Assembly (NCBI GenBank): GCA_003243965.1
Contig: QHBO01000016.1
Span: forward strand, 6,778 to 70,777
Source of the DNA: Chloroflexota bacterium
Lineage (GTDB): Bacteria > Chloroflexota > Limnocylindria > QHBO01
Direction: 5' to 3'
DNA length: 64,000 nt
The notes beneath the pieces were generated by a model. The model made no database searches. It was given only the letters and a program-made list of their open reading frames with translations, and was not told where the DNA came from. Made by a program: the position numbers and the translations under genes. How positions within the stretch are numbered: position 1 is the first letter of the stretch; each line of letters opens with the position of its first letter. Positions 37,279 through 47,357 of the stretch are shown here, piece by piece.

Positions 37279-38459
37279 CGGCCCGCGCCCCCGGACGACG
37301 ACTCGGCCCGATCGGTGTCGAGACCCAGGGCGGACCGCGTCGCCTCGTGAACCACCTCGCCCTGGTGGGTGATCGTCGCGCCGCGCGTGATCTCGTCCCC
37401 GAAGTCGATGGTCACGCGGCCCTCGTGGACCAGGTGGCTGACGAGCGTCTGCACGTTCTTGGCGTACATCTGGGTTGCGCTGCCCGGCATCATCGCCGGC
37501 AGGTTGGTGAGGCCGATGATCGTGACGCCATCCTTCACCACCTCACGCCCCGGCTCGGTGAGCTCGCAGTTCCCGCCCGCCTCGGCGGCCATGTCGACGA
37601 TCACGCTCCCCGGCTTCATGCTGCGCACCATCGCCTCGGTGATCAGCCGCGGCGCCGGCCGCCCGGGGATCAGGGCGGTGGTGATCACGAAATCCGCTTC
37701 GCTCACCCGCTGGGCGATCAGCTCCGCCTGGCGGCGCTTGTAGTCGTCGCTCATCTCGCGGGCGTAGCCACCCGCCGTCTCGGCCTGCGCTTTCTCCTCA
37801 TCGGTCATCTCGACATCTAGGAAGGTGGCACCCAGCGACTGGACCTGCTCCTTGACCACCGGGCGGACGTCGGTCGCCTCGACCACCGCTCCCAGCCGTC
37901 GGGCGGTACCGATCGCCATCAGGCCGGCCACGCCGGCGCCCATGATGATGCCGCGTGCCGGGCGGACCGTGCCCGCGGCGGTGGTCAGTAGCGGAAAGAA
38001 CTTCGGCAGCCGGTTCGCGGCCAGGAGGACCGCCTTGTAGCCACCGACCGTGCTCTGACTGGAGAGCGAGTCCATCGACTGCGCGCGCGTGATGCGCGGG
38101 ATGGCGTCCATGCTGATGGCCGTGATTCCCGCCGACGCGAGACGCACGGCAAGCTGCGGGTTCGAGAGCACGCCGAGCGTACCGATCAGCACCGTCCCCG
38201 GCTTGAGCATCTCGATCTCCTCGTCGCTGGGCCGGCCGACACGAAGCACGAGGTCAGCCTGGCCATACAGCGAGGGAGCGTCCGGCGCGATCGTCACCCC
38301 GGCGTCCCGGTACAGGTCATCGGGGATCGAGGAGCCTTCGCCCGCGCCGGCCTGCACGATGACCTCCACGCCGTCGCCGGCCAGCTGCGCGCCGGCCTGC
38401 GGGGTCAGCGCGACGCGTGTCTCGCCGGGGGCGGTCTCGCGCGGGACAGCGATCTTCAT
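37275..38459 (-). CDS. pntAA: NAD(P) transhydrogenase subunit alpha part 1 (dI, alanine-DH-like)
   Basis: MKIAVPRE N-terminus; Rossmann GAGVAGL; dI domain. Confidence 0.85.
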   Translation of the reverse strand: MKIAVPRETAPGETRVALTPQAGAQLAGDGVEVIVQAGAGEGSSIPDDLYRDAGVTIAPDAPSLYGQADLVLRVGRPSDEEIEMLKPGTVLIGTLGVLSNPQLAVRLASAGITAISMDAIPRITRAQSMDSLSSQSTVGGYKAVLLAANRLPKFFPLLTTAAGTVRPARGIIMGAGVAGLMAIGTARRLGAVVEATDVRPVVKEQVQSLGATFLDVEMTDEEKAQAETAGGYAREMSDDYKRRQAELIAQRVSEADFVITTALIPGRPAPRLITEAMVRSMKPGSVIVDMAAEAGGNCELTEPGREVVKDGVTIIGLTNLPAMMPGSATQMYAKNVQTLVSHLVHEGRVTIDFGDEITRGATITHQGEVVHEATRSALGLDTDRAESSSGGAGR

Positions 38460-38740
38460 CGGGCTTCCTGTGGTAACGGGGAGGATGGTGAGCTCAGACC
38501 GGGGTCACGAGTCGACACCTGCGGAAACCGCGCCCCGCAGGGGCGGTTCGGTGGCGAAGTGTAGCAAAGGCATGCGGCGTCTCCTCGCCCGCCGCCACCG
38601 CGGCAGCCCGACGGCGGGCACCCTTCGGACCGATCGACGGGACCTGCCGCATAATCGGCGCTTGGTGCTGCGGCCAGAGCGCGGCGTGGGGCGACAGGAG
38701 CTGGGTGGGAGGCACGGGGCGTGAAGCACCGGACCACGGC

Positions 38741-39706
38741 ATGAGCCTGGTCGTCGATCACATCTCCAAGCGCTTCGGGACGATCCTTGCCCTCGACGAC
38801 GCGACCTTCACCGTCGAGCCGGGACGCATCTTTGGTCTGCTTGGCGCGAACGGGGCGGGCAAGACGACCTCGATGCGAATCGTGCTGGACATCCTGCGCC
38901 CCGACTCGGGAACGGTGACCTGGGAGGGGCGACCGAACACCGCTCTGCCGCGGCGGACGTGGGGCTACCTGCCAGAGGAGCGCGGCCTCTACCTGCGTAT
39001 GCGCGTCGCCGAGGTGCTGCGCTTCTTCGCCTCCCTGTACGGCGTCTCATCGGCCGATGCGTCCGGCGAGGTCGACGCCTGGCTCGAGCGATTCCGGATC
39101 GCCGACTACCTGAACAGAAAGGTCGAGGAGCTGTCGAAGGGGAACCAGCAGAAGATCCAGTTCATAGCCTCGATCCTCCACGACCCCCAGGTGCTGATCA
39201 TGGACGAGCCGTTCTCCGGGCTCGACCCGGTCAACGTGCAACTGCTCAAGGAAGCGTTCCTGGCGATGCGCGATCGAGGCAAGACGCTGATCTTCTCGAC
39301 GCACCAGATGGAGACGGTGGAGGAGCTGTGCGAGTCGATCGCCATCCTCGATCGCGGCCGGGTGGTGGTCAGCGGCGCCGTCCGGGACGTCAAACGCGCG
39401 ATGGGACGCCAGGTGGTCCGCCTGGCCGTCGATGGGGATGGCACCGGCTGGGTGGAGCAGATCCCGGGCGTGCAGCTCACGCGTCGGGGGGAGGACTATC
39501 TCGAGCTCCATGTCGCGAGTGGCAGCGACCCCGAGGAGGTCCTGCGCGCAGCGCTCGCCCGCGGCGACCGGGTGACCCGTTTCGAGATCGCCGACCCGTC
39601 GTTGGAGGAGATCTTCATCGAGCACGTGGGCAGGCGCGCCGAGGAGCCGGAACGCCACCTCGCGGAGGTGGCCACAGCCCCCGACACCGGAGCGCAAGAC
39701 CGATGA
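38741..39706 (+). CDS. ABC transporter ATP-binding protein (ABC-2 exporter type)
   Basis: GANGAGKTT Walker A, LSKGNQQK signature, LIMDEP. Confidence 0.8.
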   Translation: MSLVVDHISKRFGTILALDDATFTVEPGRIFGLLGANGAGKTTSMRIVLDILRPDSGTVTWEGRPNTALPRRTWGYLPEERGLYLRMRVAEVLRFFASLYGVSSADASGEVDAWLERFRIADYLNRKVEELSKGNQQKIQFIASILHDPQVLIMDEPFSGLDPVNVQLLKEAFLAMRDRGKTLIFSTHQMETVEELCESIAILDRGRVVVSGAVRDVKRAMGRQVVRLAVDGDGTGWVEQIPGVQLTRRGEDYLELHVASGSDPEEVLRAALARGDRVTRFEIADPSLEEIFIEHVGRRAEEPERHLAEVATAPDTGAQDR

Positions 39707-41013
39707 GCGGGCTCTTTCCGAACGCGTGGTACATCGCTCGACGCGAATACCTCGTTCGCGTGCGCAGCCGCGCCTTCGTGATCATGACCGCGATCCTGGC
39801 CCTGGTCGGCCTGGGCCTGGCGCTCGCCCCCGTCGGCTTCCGGATGCTGGGTGCCGATCGTCCGCAGCGCCTGGGCGTCGTCATCTCTGCCGCTGATCCG
39901 CCGCCTCGGACGCTGGGGCTCCTCGGTGGCGGCTTGAACCCCCCGAGCGCGGCCGGCCAGGCCGACGGCGGCACGCCCCGGTCGGCGAACTACGAGCTTG
40001 TCCCGGTCAGCGATCCGATCGCCGCCAGACGCGACGTTCAGGACGGCCGGCTGAACGGCCTGCTGACCATCGGCCGAAGCAGCTCCGGAGACCTGGCCTT
40101 TGACTACTTTGGGGACAGCAGTCCCACCTCGCGCTCGCTGGCGGCCGTCCAAGCCGCCTCCCAACAGCTGGCCATCTCGGACCGCCTGACGCGCGCTGGG
40201 GTGCGCGATCCGTCCGCCATCTTCACGCCGGTCGGCTTCCGGGTCGAGCCGCTCGATCCCAACGCCGGCCGGCGCGACACCGCGGCCTCCGTCGCCGCCT
40301 ATCTGCTCGCGACGGTCCTGGTGGTGCTCACCTTCATGGCGATCATGACCTACGGAAACTGGGTCGCCGGCAGCGTTGCGGAGGAGAAGAGCAGTCGCGT
40401 GATGGAGCTGCTGATCACCGCCGCCAGCCCTCGACAGCTGCTCGCCGGCAAGGTGATCGGCACCTGCGCTGCGGGCCTGACCCAATACCTGGCGATCCTG
40501 GGCGCCGCCCTGGTGGGTGTCATCCTGTCCGGCCCCCTGTCGCGCGCGATCGTGGGCGGCTCCGGGGCCAGCTCCCCGTTTGCAGGGGTCACCATCCCGG
40601 TGCTCATCGTATTCGGCCTCTTCTTCCTCGGCGGCTTCGTCCTGTACGCGGCCGTGTACGCCGCCCTGGGCTCGATGGTGAGCCGCCAGGAGGACGTCCA
40701 GCAGATGGTCGGGCCGATGACCCTGGTCGGCGTGGTGGGCTACTTTGCGGCCTTCACGGCGCTCAGCACCCCCGACTCCGGATGGGTCCACGTTCTCTCG
40801 TTCGTCCCGTTCTTCGCGCCGTATTTCATGCCTCTGCGGCTGGTGCTCTCGACCGTGACGCCCCTGGAGGTGGTGTTCAGCGCGCTCCTGCTGGTGGCCG
40901 GGATCGTGATCGTCCACTCGCTCGCGGCACGCATCTACTCCGCCGGCGTGCTGCTCTACGGCCAGCGACCCGGAATCCGGGCCGTGTGGCGCGCCGCCCG
41001 CGTGCGTCGCTGA
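39703..41013 (+). CDS. ABC-2 family permease with large extracytoplasmic loop
   Basis: ATGA coupling; N-terminal TM, ~180-aa loop, then 5 TM helices. Confidence 0.55.
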   Translation: MSGLFPNAWYIARREYLVRVRSRAFVIMTAILALVGLGLALAPVGFRMLGADRPQRLGVVISAADPPPRTLGLLGGGLNPPSAAGQADGGTPRSANYELVPVSDPIAARRDVQDGRLNGLLTIGRSSSGDLAFDYFGDSSPTSRSLAAVQAASQQLAISDRLTRAGVRDPSAIFTPVGFRVEPLDPNAGRRDTAASVAAYLLATVLVVLTFMAIMTYGNWVAGSVAEEKSSRVMELLITAASPRQLLAGKVIGTCAAGLTQYLAILGAALVGVILSGPLSRAIVGGSGASSPFAGVTIPVLIVFGLFFLGGFVLYAAVYAALGSMVSRQEDVQQMVGPMTLVGVVGYFAAFTALSTPDSGWVHVLSFVPFFAPYFMPLRLVLSTVTPLEVVFSALLLVAGIVIVHSLAARIYSAGVLLYGQRPGIRAVWRAARVRR

Positions 41014-41026
41014 GCACCACAGCCCG

Positions 41027-41578
41027 GTGAGCCGCGGGCTGACCGTCGCCGGCCGACGCCTGGAGCTCGTCCGCGGCGACATCACGACCCAGGCCCTGGA
41101 TGCCATCGCCAACGCGGCCAACGCCGCCCTGCGCGGGGGAGGCGGCGTGGACGGCGCGATCCACACCGCCGCCGGGCCAGGCGTGCTGGACGAGCTGCGC
41201 TCGCGATACCCGTCCGGAACGCCGACCGGGACCGCGGTGGCCACCGCGGCCGGTCGCCTGAAGGCGCGCTGGCTGATTCACGCCGTCGGCCCAGTGTGGA
41301 CCGGCGGCACCCATGGCGAGGAAGCGCTGCTGGCAGCGGCGTACCGGTCGTCGCTCGCAGCGGCGGATCGGCTCGGGGCGCGGAGCCTCGCGTTGCCGGC
41401 AATCAGCCTCGGCATCTACCGCTTTCCGCTGCGGGCCGGAGCGCGGATCGCGCTCGACGCCGTGCTGCACCACTTCGGCGGTGAGACGTCGCTGGAGCTG
41501 GTGCGCTTCGTCCTCTATTCCGACGAGACGTTGTCCGCCTTCTCGGTGGCGCTGGACGAGCTCGCGCCGCCTGCATAG
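41027..41578 (+). CDS. macro domain protein (O-acetyl-ADP-ribose deacetylase / ADP-ribose-binding, YmdB-like)
   Basis: NAANAALRGGGGVDGAIH motif diagnostic of macro domains. Confidence 0.7.
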   Translation: MSRGLTVAGRRLELVRGDITTQALDAIANAANAALRGGGGVDGAIHTAAGPGVLDELRSRYPSGTPTGTAVATAAGRLKARWLIHAVGPVWTGGTHGEEALLAAAYRSSLAAADRLGARSLALPAISLGIYRFPLRAGARIALDAVLHHFGGETSLELVRFVLYSDETLSAFSVALDELAPPA

Positions 41579-42777
41579 CGGAGGTCGCTGGGGCCAATGC
41601 CGCTGGTGCGCAGCGGAGGGCTCGTTGGGCGGTCCGTCAGCGCAAAGCGCCTGTCCGGCGGCGCCAGGCCGCGCCACGCATCCTCGTCACCGGTCATGCC
41701 GGCGGCCACGAGCTCGCCGATCACCGGGCCATGCTTGAACCCGTGGCCGGAGCCGCCACCCACGATCCAGGCGTTGGCCCATGCCGGGTGGCGGTCGATG
41801 ATGAAGTTCGTGTCGGCGGTGCTCTCGTACTGGCACACGCGGCCCTCGGCGACCGGCCGGTCGGCGAGCGACGGGAAGCGCAGGCGGAGCAGCCCGCGTA
41901 CCGCTGCGACGGTTGCATCGGACACGCGTCGCTCCTGTCGATCCGGATCGATCGGAGGTCCGGGCCAGTCCGGGGCGCACTTCATCCCGCGCCCCTCGAT
42001 CGACCCGATCCCGTAGAAGGCGCGGTCGTAATCGACCCAGGTCGGCAGCACGCCGGCGTCGAACCGGGCATCACCCGGGGGCGGCGCGACGTACACGAGC
42101 TCCTGGCGGGTGACGCTGATGCGGCCGCCGAGCAGCTGGGGGAAGAGGCCCGGGAGCCAGGGGCCGCACGCGAACACGAAGGCGTCGGCCTCGAGCGCCG
42201 ACCCGTCCGCGAGGCGGACGCGGCGCAGCCGCTCCGGGCCGGCATCGGCCGCATCGGGGACCAGCACGCGTCCGATTCGCAGCTCGCCACCGTTGCCGCC
42301 GAACGCGGCGGCGGTGAGTGCCACGCCGCGCCGGGCCAGCAGCGCGCCCGCCTCGGGCTCGTGGAGCGCCCACCCCAGGTCATCGGGGGAGATGACCGGC
42401 CACCGGCGCGCCACGTCCTCCGCGGAGAGCCGCTCGATCGGGATCTCGAGCTCGCGAAGCGGTTCGACGGACCCGGCTTCGAAGCCGTCATCGCTGTGCG
42501 CGAACCACAGGACACCGCTCGGGACGAACAGCTGGACTCCGGCGGCAGCCTCCAGCTCGCGCCAGTGCGCGAGGGCACGACGCTGCCAGCGCGGGTAGTG
42601 GCGGTCGGCGCCGTGCGCGCTGCGCGTGACGCGCGACTCGTCTCCGGAGGAGGCGAGCGAGTTCCCCGCGCCGTACGAGTCGACCAGAGTCACCGCGTGG
42701 CCCCGCGCCCGCAGCCAGTACGCCGTCCAGGTCCCCATCACCCCGGCTCCGATGACCACGATCCGGTCGCTCGCCAC
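41515..42777 (-). CDS. FAD-dependent oxidoreductase (DAO family: sarcosine/glycine oxidase-like)
   Basis: IVVIGAGVMG dinucleotide-binding motif directly after a GTG start; C-terminal GHGFKHGP DAO motif. Confidence 0.6.
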   Translation of the reverse strand: MASDRIVVIGAGVMGTWTAYWLRARGHAVTLVDSYGAGNSLASSGDESRVTRSAHGADRHYPRWQRRALAHWRELEAAAGVQLFVPSGVLWFAHSDDGFEAGSVEPLRELEIPIERLSAEDVARRWPVISPDDLGWALHEPEAGALLARRGVALTAAAFGGNGGELRIGRVLVPDAADAGPERLRRVRLADGSALEADAFVFACGPWLPGLFPQLLGGRISVTRQELVYVAPPPGDARFDAGVLPTWVDYDRAFYGIGSIEGRGMKCAPDWPGPPIDPDRQERRVSDATVAAVRGLLRLRFPSLADRPVAEGRVCQYESTADTNFIIDRHPAWANAWIVGGGSGHGFKHGPVIGELVAAGMTGDEDAWRGLAPPDRRFALTDRPTSPPLRTSGIGPSDLRYAGGASSSSATEKADNVSSE

Positions 42778-42841
42778 CGGCCGATGGTAGTCGCTCGAAT
42801 GGCGGCCGCGACCGATGGAGTGTTCGGCTAGGCTTTCGAGC

Positions 42842-43855
42842 ATGACCGCGCCGCATCAGGACTCGCATCCCGACGCAGGCGCACCATCCCCGGGGCAGGC
42901 GGAGGCCGCACTCCCTCCGGACTCTCGCGCCGCGTCCCCGCCCGAGCCGGCGATCCGCACCGAGAGGCTGACCAAGCGCTACGGAAGGGTGCCCGCGCTG
43001 AACGCGCTGACGCTCGACGTCCAGCAGGGCGAGATCTTTGGCTTCCTTGGTCCGAACGGCGCGGGAAAGTCGACGACGATCCGAACCCTGCTGGGCTTCC
43101 TCCATCCGACCGACGGCCGTGCCAGCGTCCTGGGCCTGGACGTGGCGACCCAGAGCGTCGAGATCAGGCGTCGGACCGGATACCTTCCCGGTGGCATCGC
43201 GCTGTACGACTCGCTGACCGGGATGGGCGCCCTGGACTACCTCGCGGAGCTGCAGGGTCGGCCTCCGGTTCGTCGCGCCGAGCTCGCGGACCGCCTTCAG
43301 CTGTCGGCCACCGTCCTGCGCCGCCGCGTGCGGGACTACTCACGAGGGATGCGGCAGAAGATCGGGGTCATCCAGGCCCTGCAACACGACCCGGAGCTGG
43401 CGATCCTGGACGAGCCCACGGAGGGGCTCGATCCGCTCATGCAGCAGGCCTTCTACGCCATCCTGCTGGACCTCCGGCGCGAGGGCCGCACCGTCTTCTT
43501 CAGCTCGCACATCCTGTCCGAGGTGGAACGCGTCTGCGACCGGGTCGCCATCATCCGGGCCGGCCAGCTGATGGCGCTGCAGCACATCGACGAGCTGCTG
43601 GCGCGGCGCAAGCGCAAGGTGGCGCTGCGCTGGCGCGGAGGGACCCCCGACCTGTCGGCCATCCCCGGGCTTGCGGACGTGACGGTCCATCGCGACCAGG
43701 TGCGGGCCACGTTGCAGGGAGCCATGGCGCCCTTCATCCGCGCCATCGCGTCCCCATCGCTCGAGGACCTGACGATCGAGCCGGCGAGCCTGGAGGAGGC
43801 GTTTCTCGAGTTCTACGCCGATGGTGACGATAACCCCGCGGAGGTCGCCGGATGA
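42842..43855 (+). CDS. ABC transporter ATP-binding protein (ABC-2 type)
   Basis: GPNGAGKST Walker A, YSRGMRQK signature, ILDEP. Confidence 0.75.
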   Translation: MTAPHQDSHPDAGAPSPGQAEAALPPDSRAASPPEPAIRTERLTKRYGRVPALNALTLDVQQGEIFGFLGPNGAGKSTTIRTLLGFLHPTDGRASVLGLDVATQSVEIRRRTGYLPGGIALYDSLTGMGALDYLAELQGRPPVRRAELADRLQLSATVLRRRVRDYSRGMRQKIGVIQALQHDPELAILDEPTEGLDPLMQQAFYAILLDLRREGRTVFFSSHILSEVERVCDRVAIIRAGQLMALQHIDELLARRKRKVALRWRGGTPDLSAIPGLADVTVHRDQVRATLQGAMAPFIRAIASPSLEDLTIEPASLEEAFLEFYADGDDNPAEVAG

Positions 43856-44655
43856 ACGGCGCGCTGCTCGTCCAGACCTGGCGCTGGCAGGCCGTCAAGC
43901 TGGCGATCGTGGCGCTCTGCGCGGTCGGCTGGGGATGGCTGCTGCCCCTCTTCTACGCGCAGTTCTCCGACTCGATCCGCACATTGGCCGCCCAGAACCC
44001 GCTCTTCCAGCAGCTCTCGAACTTTGGCTCCGGGTCGCTGCTGACACTCCCCGGCACGGTGACGCTCGGCACCGAGCACCCGATCGCCATCGCGCTGCTC
44101 GGCGTCTTCGCGATCGGCATGGGCGCCGTCGCGGTCGCCGGCGAGCGCCAGCGCGGCACCCTGGAGGTGCTGCTCGCCCGCCCGATCCCACGTCGAGGCC
44201 TGGTGATGACCCTGACCGTGGCGCTCTTTGGGCTGATCGCGGTGGTGATCGCCGCGATGCTGGCCGGGATGACGCTGGGAGCCGCGACCCAGGGAGTCTT
44301 CGACCAGCTGAACGTCAGCCGCCTGCCACTGGTGTGGGTCAATGGGTTCCTGCTGTGGGCGGCATTCGGCACCTTCGCCATCGCGGCATCGGTCAGCTTC
44401 GACCGCAGCGGGCCGGCCATCGGTCTGTCGCTGGCGTACCTGATGGTCAACTACTTCCTGGAGATCCTGGGCACCTTCGTGCCCGGCGCCCGGTGGGCCC
44501 AGGAGTACTCGCTGTTCCACCACTTCCAGCCGACCGAGATCCTCACCGGCTCGGCTGACCCGCTCGACTTCGTGCTGTTACTGGCGGTGGCCGTGATCCC
44601 CGTCGTCTACGCGCTGGTTGTCTTCCCGCGCCGCGACCTTCCGGCACCGGGATGA
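43852..44655 (+). CDS. ABC-2 family permease
   Basis: ATGA coupling to the ATPase gene; 6 hydrophobic helices. Confidence 0.55.
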   Translation: MNGALLVQTWRWQAVKLAIVALCAVGWGWLLPLFYAQFSDSIRTLAAQNPLFQQLSNFGSGSLLTLPGTVTLGTEHPIAIALLGVFAIGMGAVAVAGERQRGTLEVLLARPIPRRGLVMTLTVALFGLIAVVIAAMLAGMTLGAATQGVFDQLNVSRLPLVWVNGFLLWAAFGTFAIAASVSFDRSGPAIGLSLAYLMVNYFLEILGTFVPGARWAQEYSLFHHFQPTEILTGSADPLDFVLLLAVAVIPVVYALVVFPRRDLPAPG

Positions 44656-47279
44656 AGAGCGCCGCGGGCCTCGGCGATCGCCTCGTCGGTCGACATTCGA
44701 CTCCCGCGCACCCAGGCTGCGGCCGTGACGGGGTCGTGGCGCAGCCGATCGGGTTGGAATCCGAGGAGATCCCGGTTCGTCGGGTTGAGTCCCGTGCCGG
44801 ACGACGTCTCCAGCGCCGCAACGGCGCCCGACAGACGGGCCGCCCGCTGCCGGTCTCCCTGCGCTTCCGCCAGCGCGGCGACGGCATCGAGTACCAGGAC
44901 GTAGCCCGACACGTCACGGGCCGCGGCGAAGATCTCGAGCGCCTCTGACAGGTGAAGCTGCGCTTCGTCGAGGGTCCGCAGCTTCACCGCCACGACGCCC
45001 AGATCGTAGAGGGTCCATCCAACCATGAACTCGTCATCGAGCTCTCGGAAGATGGGCAGCGCCTGAAGACCGGCGTCGCGCGCGGCGGATAGCTGGTTGG
45101 TCGTCCAGCCCAGGTTGGCAAAGGCCCACATCACCTTTGCGACTCCCGCTTTGTCGCCGATCTCCTCAAAGAGCGCACGCGCCTCGTTGGTGAGCTCCTC
45201 TCCCCGCACGTAGTCGGCATCCGAGCCACTGAACGCGAACGTGAACGACAGGTTGTAGATCGCCTCCGCGGTCGCGCGTCGGTCGCCCTGGGCGCGCCGC
45301 AGCGCCAGGCATGCGTCGTACGCCTCGCGTGCGGGGCCGAGCTCACCCTTCCACCAGGCGAGGCCGCCGAGTGCCTCGAGCGCATCGGCGCGCAGCACCG
45401 TTTCATGCTCCGCGCCCGCCATGGCCAGGGCACGGCGGACCTGCTCGAAGCCCTCCACCAGGTAGCCGCGCATCTGCCACATGCGCCACAGGCCGGCGGT
45501 CATGCGCAGGGCCAGCTCCGGCTCGTCGTTGTCGACGGCCCAAGAGATCGCGGCCCGCAGGTTGTCGTGCTCGTCCTCGAGGCGATCGAGCCACTCGCGC
45601 TTCTGCGCACCGAGCAACTGTGGTCGCGCCGTTTCCACCAGTCCGGCGAAGAGTCGGGCATGGCGTCGCCGCAGGTCGGTGGCGTCGCCCGATCGCTCGA
45701 GCTGCTCGAGGGCAAAGTCCCGGATCGTCTCGAGCATCCCGAACCGTGGTTGGCCACGCGCATCGGTCACCTGGCGCACCAGGCTCTTGTCGACCAGGGA
45801 GCTCAACACATCGAGCAGATCCTCGCCCCCGTCATCGGTGGCGCACACCGACTCCACCGCCTCGAGCCCGGCGCCACCGACGAACACGGACATGCCGGCA
45901 AACAACCTCCGCTCGGCGTCGTCGAGCATGTCATGGCTCCAGCCGATGGCGCCTCGCAACGTCTGCTGGCGCTCGGGGAGGTCGCGCGCCCCGCCGGAGA
46001 GCAGCGAGAGGCGGTGGGCGAGCCGCTGCAGCATCGCGTCGGGGGTCAGCACCCGGATGCGCGCCGCGGCCAGCTCGATCGCCAGTGGTAGACCGTCCAG
46101 GCTGACCGCGATCTGGGCAACCGCCGGCGCGTTCTCGTTCGTGACCCGGAAATCGGGTTTGACCGCGACCGCGCGCTCGATGAACAGGCGGACCGCCTCG
46201 TACTGGGAGATCGCTTCGACATTTCGGTCACGAAGCGGGTCGGGGAGGCCGAGCGGGGGCACCGGGTACTCACGCTCCCCGTACAGGTGGAGCACGGCGC
46301 GGCTGGTGACGAGCACCGTGAGGCGCGCGGCCGAGGTGAGCAGCTCGCCAACCACCGGCGCTGCGGAGGCGACCTGCTCGAAGTTGTCGAGCACGAGCAG
46401 CATGGTCCGCTCGCGCAGATGCTCGCGCAGCCGGTCGAGCGGCTCCAGGCCGCCGCGGTTGGCGATACCGATCTCCTGCGCAATGGTCGGCGCAACCAGC
46501 TCGGCGTCGCCAATCGGAGCCAGCGCGACGAAGTAGACCCCGTCGGGGAAGCGATCCAGCGCATCCGCCGCGACCTGAAGGCTGAGCCTGGTCTTGCCTG
46601 TCCCACCCGGCCCGGTAAGCGTCAGCAGGCGAGCCTGGCCGAGCAGCTCCCTGACCTCGGCGATCTCACGCTCCCGGCCGAGGAAGCTCGAATTCTGGAC
46701 CGGGAGGTTGTTGGGAATGACGTCGAGCGAGCGGACCTGTCGATCGTCGACCGGGAGCCCTTCGATCAGGAGCCGGTTGAGGCGTTCACTCCGCTCGAGG
46801 TCCTTGAGCCGATGCTCACCGAGGTCGAGCAGCGTGACGCCATCGGGCAACAGGTGCTCAACGAGCGCTGCCGTCGGGGCGGAGAGCAGCACCTGCCCGC
46901 CGTGCCCGGCCGCAGCGATCCGGGCCGCGCGGTGCACGTCGATCCCGACGTACGAGCTCCCGCTCGGCGTCCCCTCGCCGGTGTGAAGTCCCATCCGGAC
47001 TCGCAGCGGCATGTCGCCAGGCCACTGCTCGGCGGCCAGCGCCCGCTGTGCCGCGACGGCCGCTGCCACGCTGCGCGGCGCGCTCGGGAAGACCGCGAAG
47101 ATTGAGTCGCCCTCGGTGCCGACCACCGCGCCACCCTCGGCGGTGACCGACTCGCGCAGCAGCAGGTGGTGACGTTCGAGCAGCGAGGTGTAGCGGTCAC
47201 CGAGCGCCTGGAGCATCCGGGTCGAGCCCTCGATGTCGGTGAACAGGAAGGTGACCGTGCCCGCGGGCAGGGTGCTCAT
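44607..47279 (-). CDS. class III adenylate/guanylate cyclase fused to STAND (NB-ARC/AAA) ATPase and TPR repeats
   Basis: N-terminal CHD motifs (FLFTDIEGST, VRMGLHTGE, GIDVHRAARI); Walker A GPGGTGKT; long helical repeat region; no C-terminal LuxR HTH. Confidence 0.7.
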   Translation of the reverse strand: MSTLPAGTVTFLFTDIEGSTRMLQALGDRYTSLLERHHLLLRESVTAEGGAVVGTEGDSIFAVFPSAPRSVAAAVAAQRALAAEQWPGDMPLRVRMGLHTGEGTPSGSSYVGIDVHRAARIAAAGHGGQVLLSAPTAALVEHLLPDGVTLLDLGEHRLKDLERSERLNRLLIEGLPVDDRQVRSLDVIPNNLPVQNSSFLGREREIAEVRELLGQARLLTLTGPGGTGKTRLSLQVAADALDRFPDGVYFVALAPIGDAELVAPTIAQEIGIANRGGLEPLDRLREHLRERTMLLVLDNFEQVASAAPVVGELLTSAARLTVLVTSRAVLHLYGEREYPVPPLGLPDPLRDRNVEAISQYEAVRLFIERAVAVKPDFRVTNENAPAVAQIAVSLDGLPLAIELAAARIRVLTPDAMLQRLAHRLSLLSGGARDLPERQQTLRGAIGWSHDMLDDAERRLFAGMSVFVGGAGLEAVESVCATDDGGEDLLDVLSSLVDKSLVRQVTDARGQPRFGMLETIRDFALEQLERSGDATDLRRRHARLFAGLVETARPQLLGAQKREWLDRLEDEHDNLRAAISWAVDNDEPELALRMTAGLWRMWQMRGYLVEGFEQVRRALAMAGAEHETVLRADALEALGGLAWWKGELGPAREAYDACLALRRAQGDRRATAEAIYNLSFTFAFSGSDADYVRGEELTNEARALFEEIGDKAGVAKVMWAFANLGWTTNQLSAARDAGLQALPIFRELDDEFMVGWTLYDLGVVAVKLRTLDEAQLHLSEALEIFAAARDVSGYVLVLDAVAALAEAQGDRQRAARLSGAVAALETSSGTGLNPTNRDLLGFQPDRLRHDPVTAAAWVRGSRMSTDEAIAEARGALHPGAGRSRRGKTTSA

Positions 47280-47357
47280 CGGACGCTCCTAGCTGGCTCG
47301 CGCAGTTTCCGCCTCGACGGGCGGATCGGCAAGGCCCAACTCGGCTACCCTCCGCCG

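Noticed and set aside
39496-41244. 582-aa minus-strand ORF
   Set aside because: Antisense of the ABC-2 permease and macro-domain genes.
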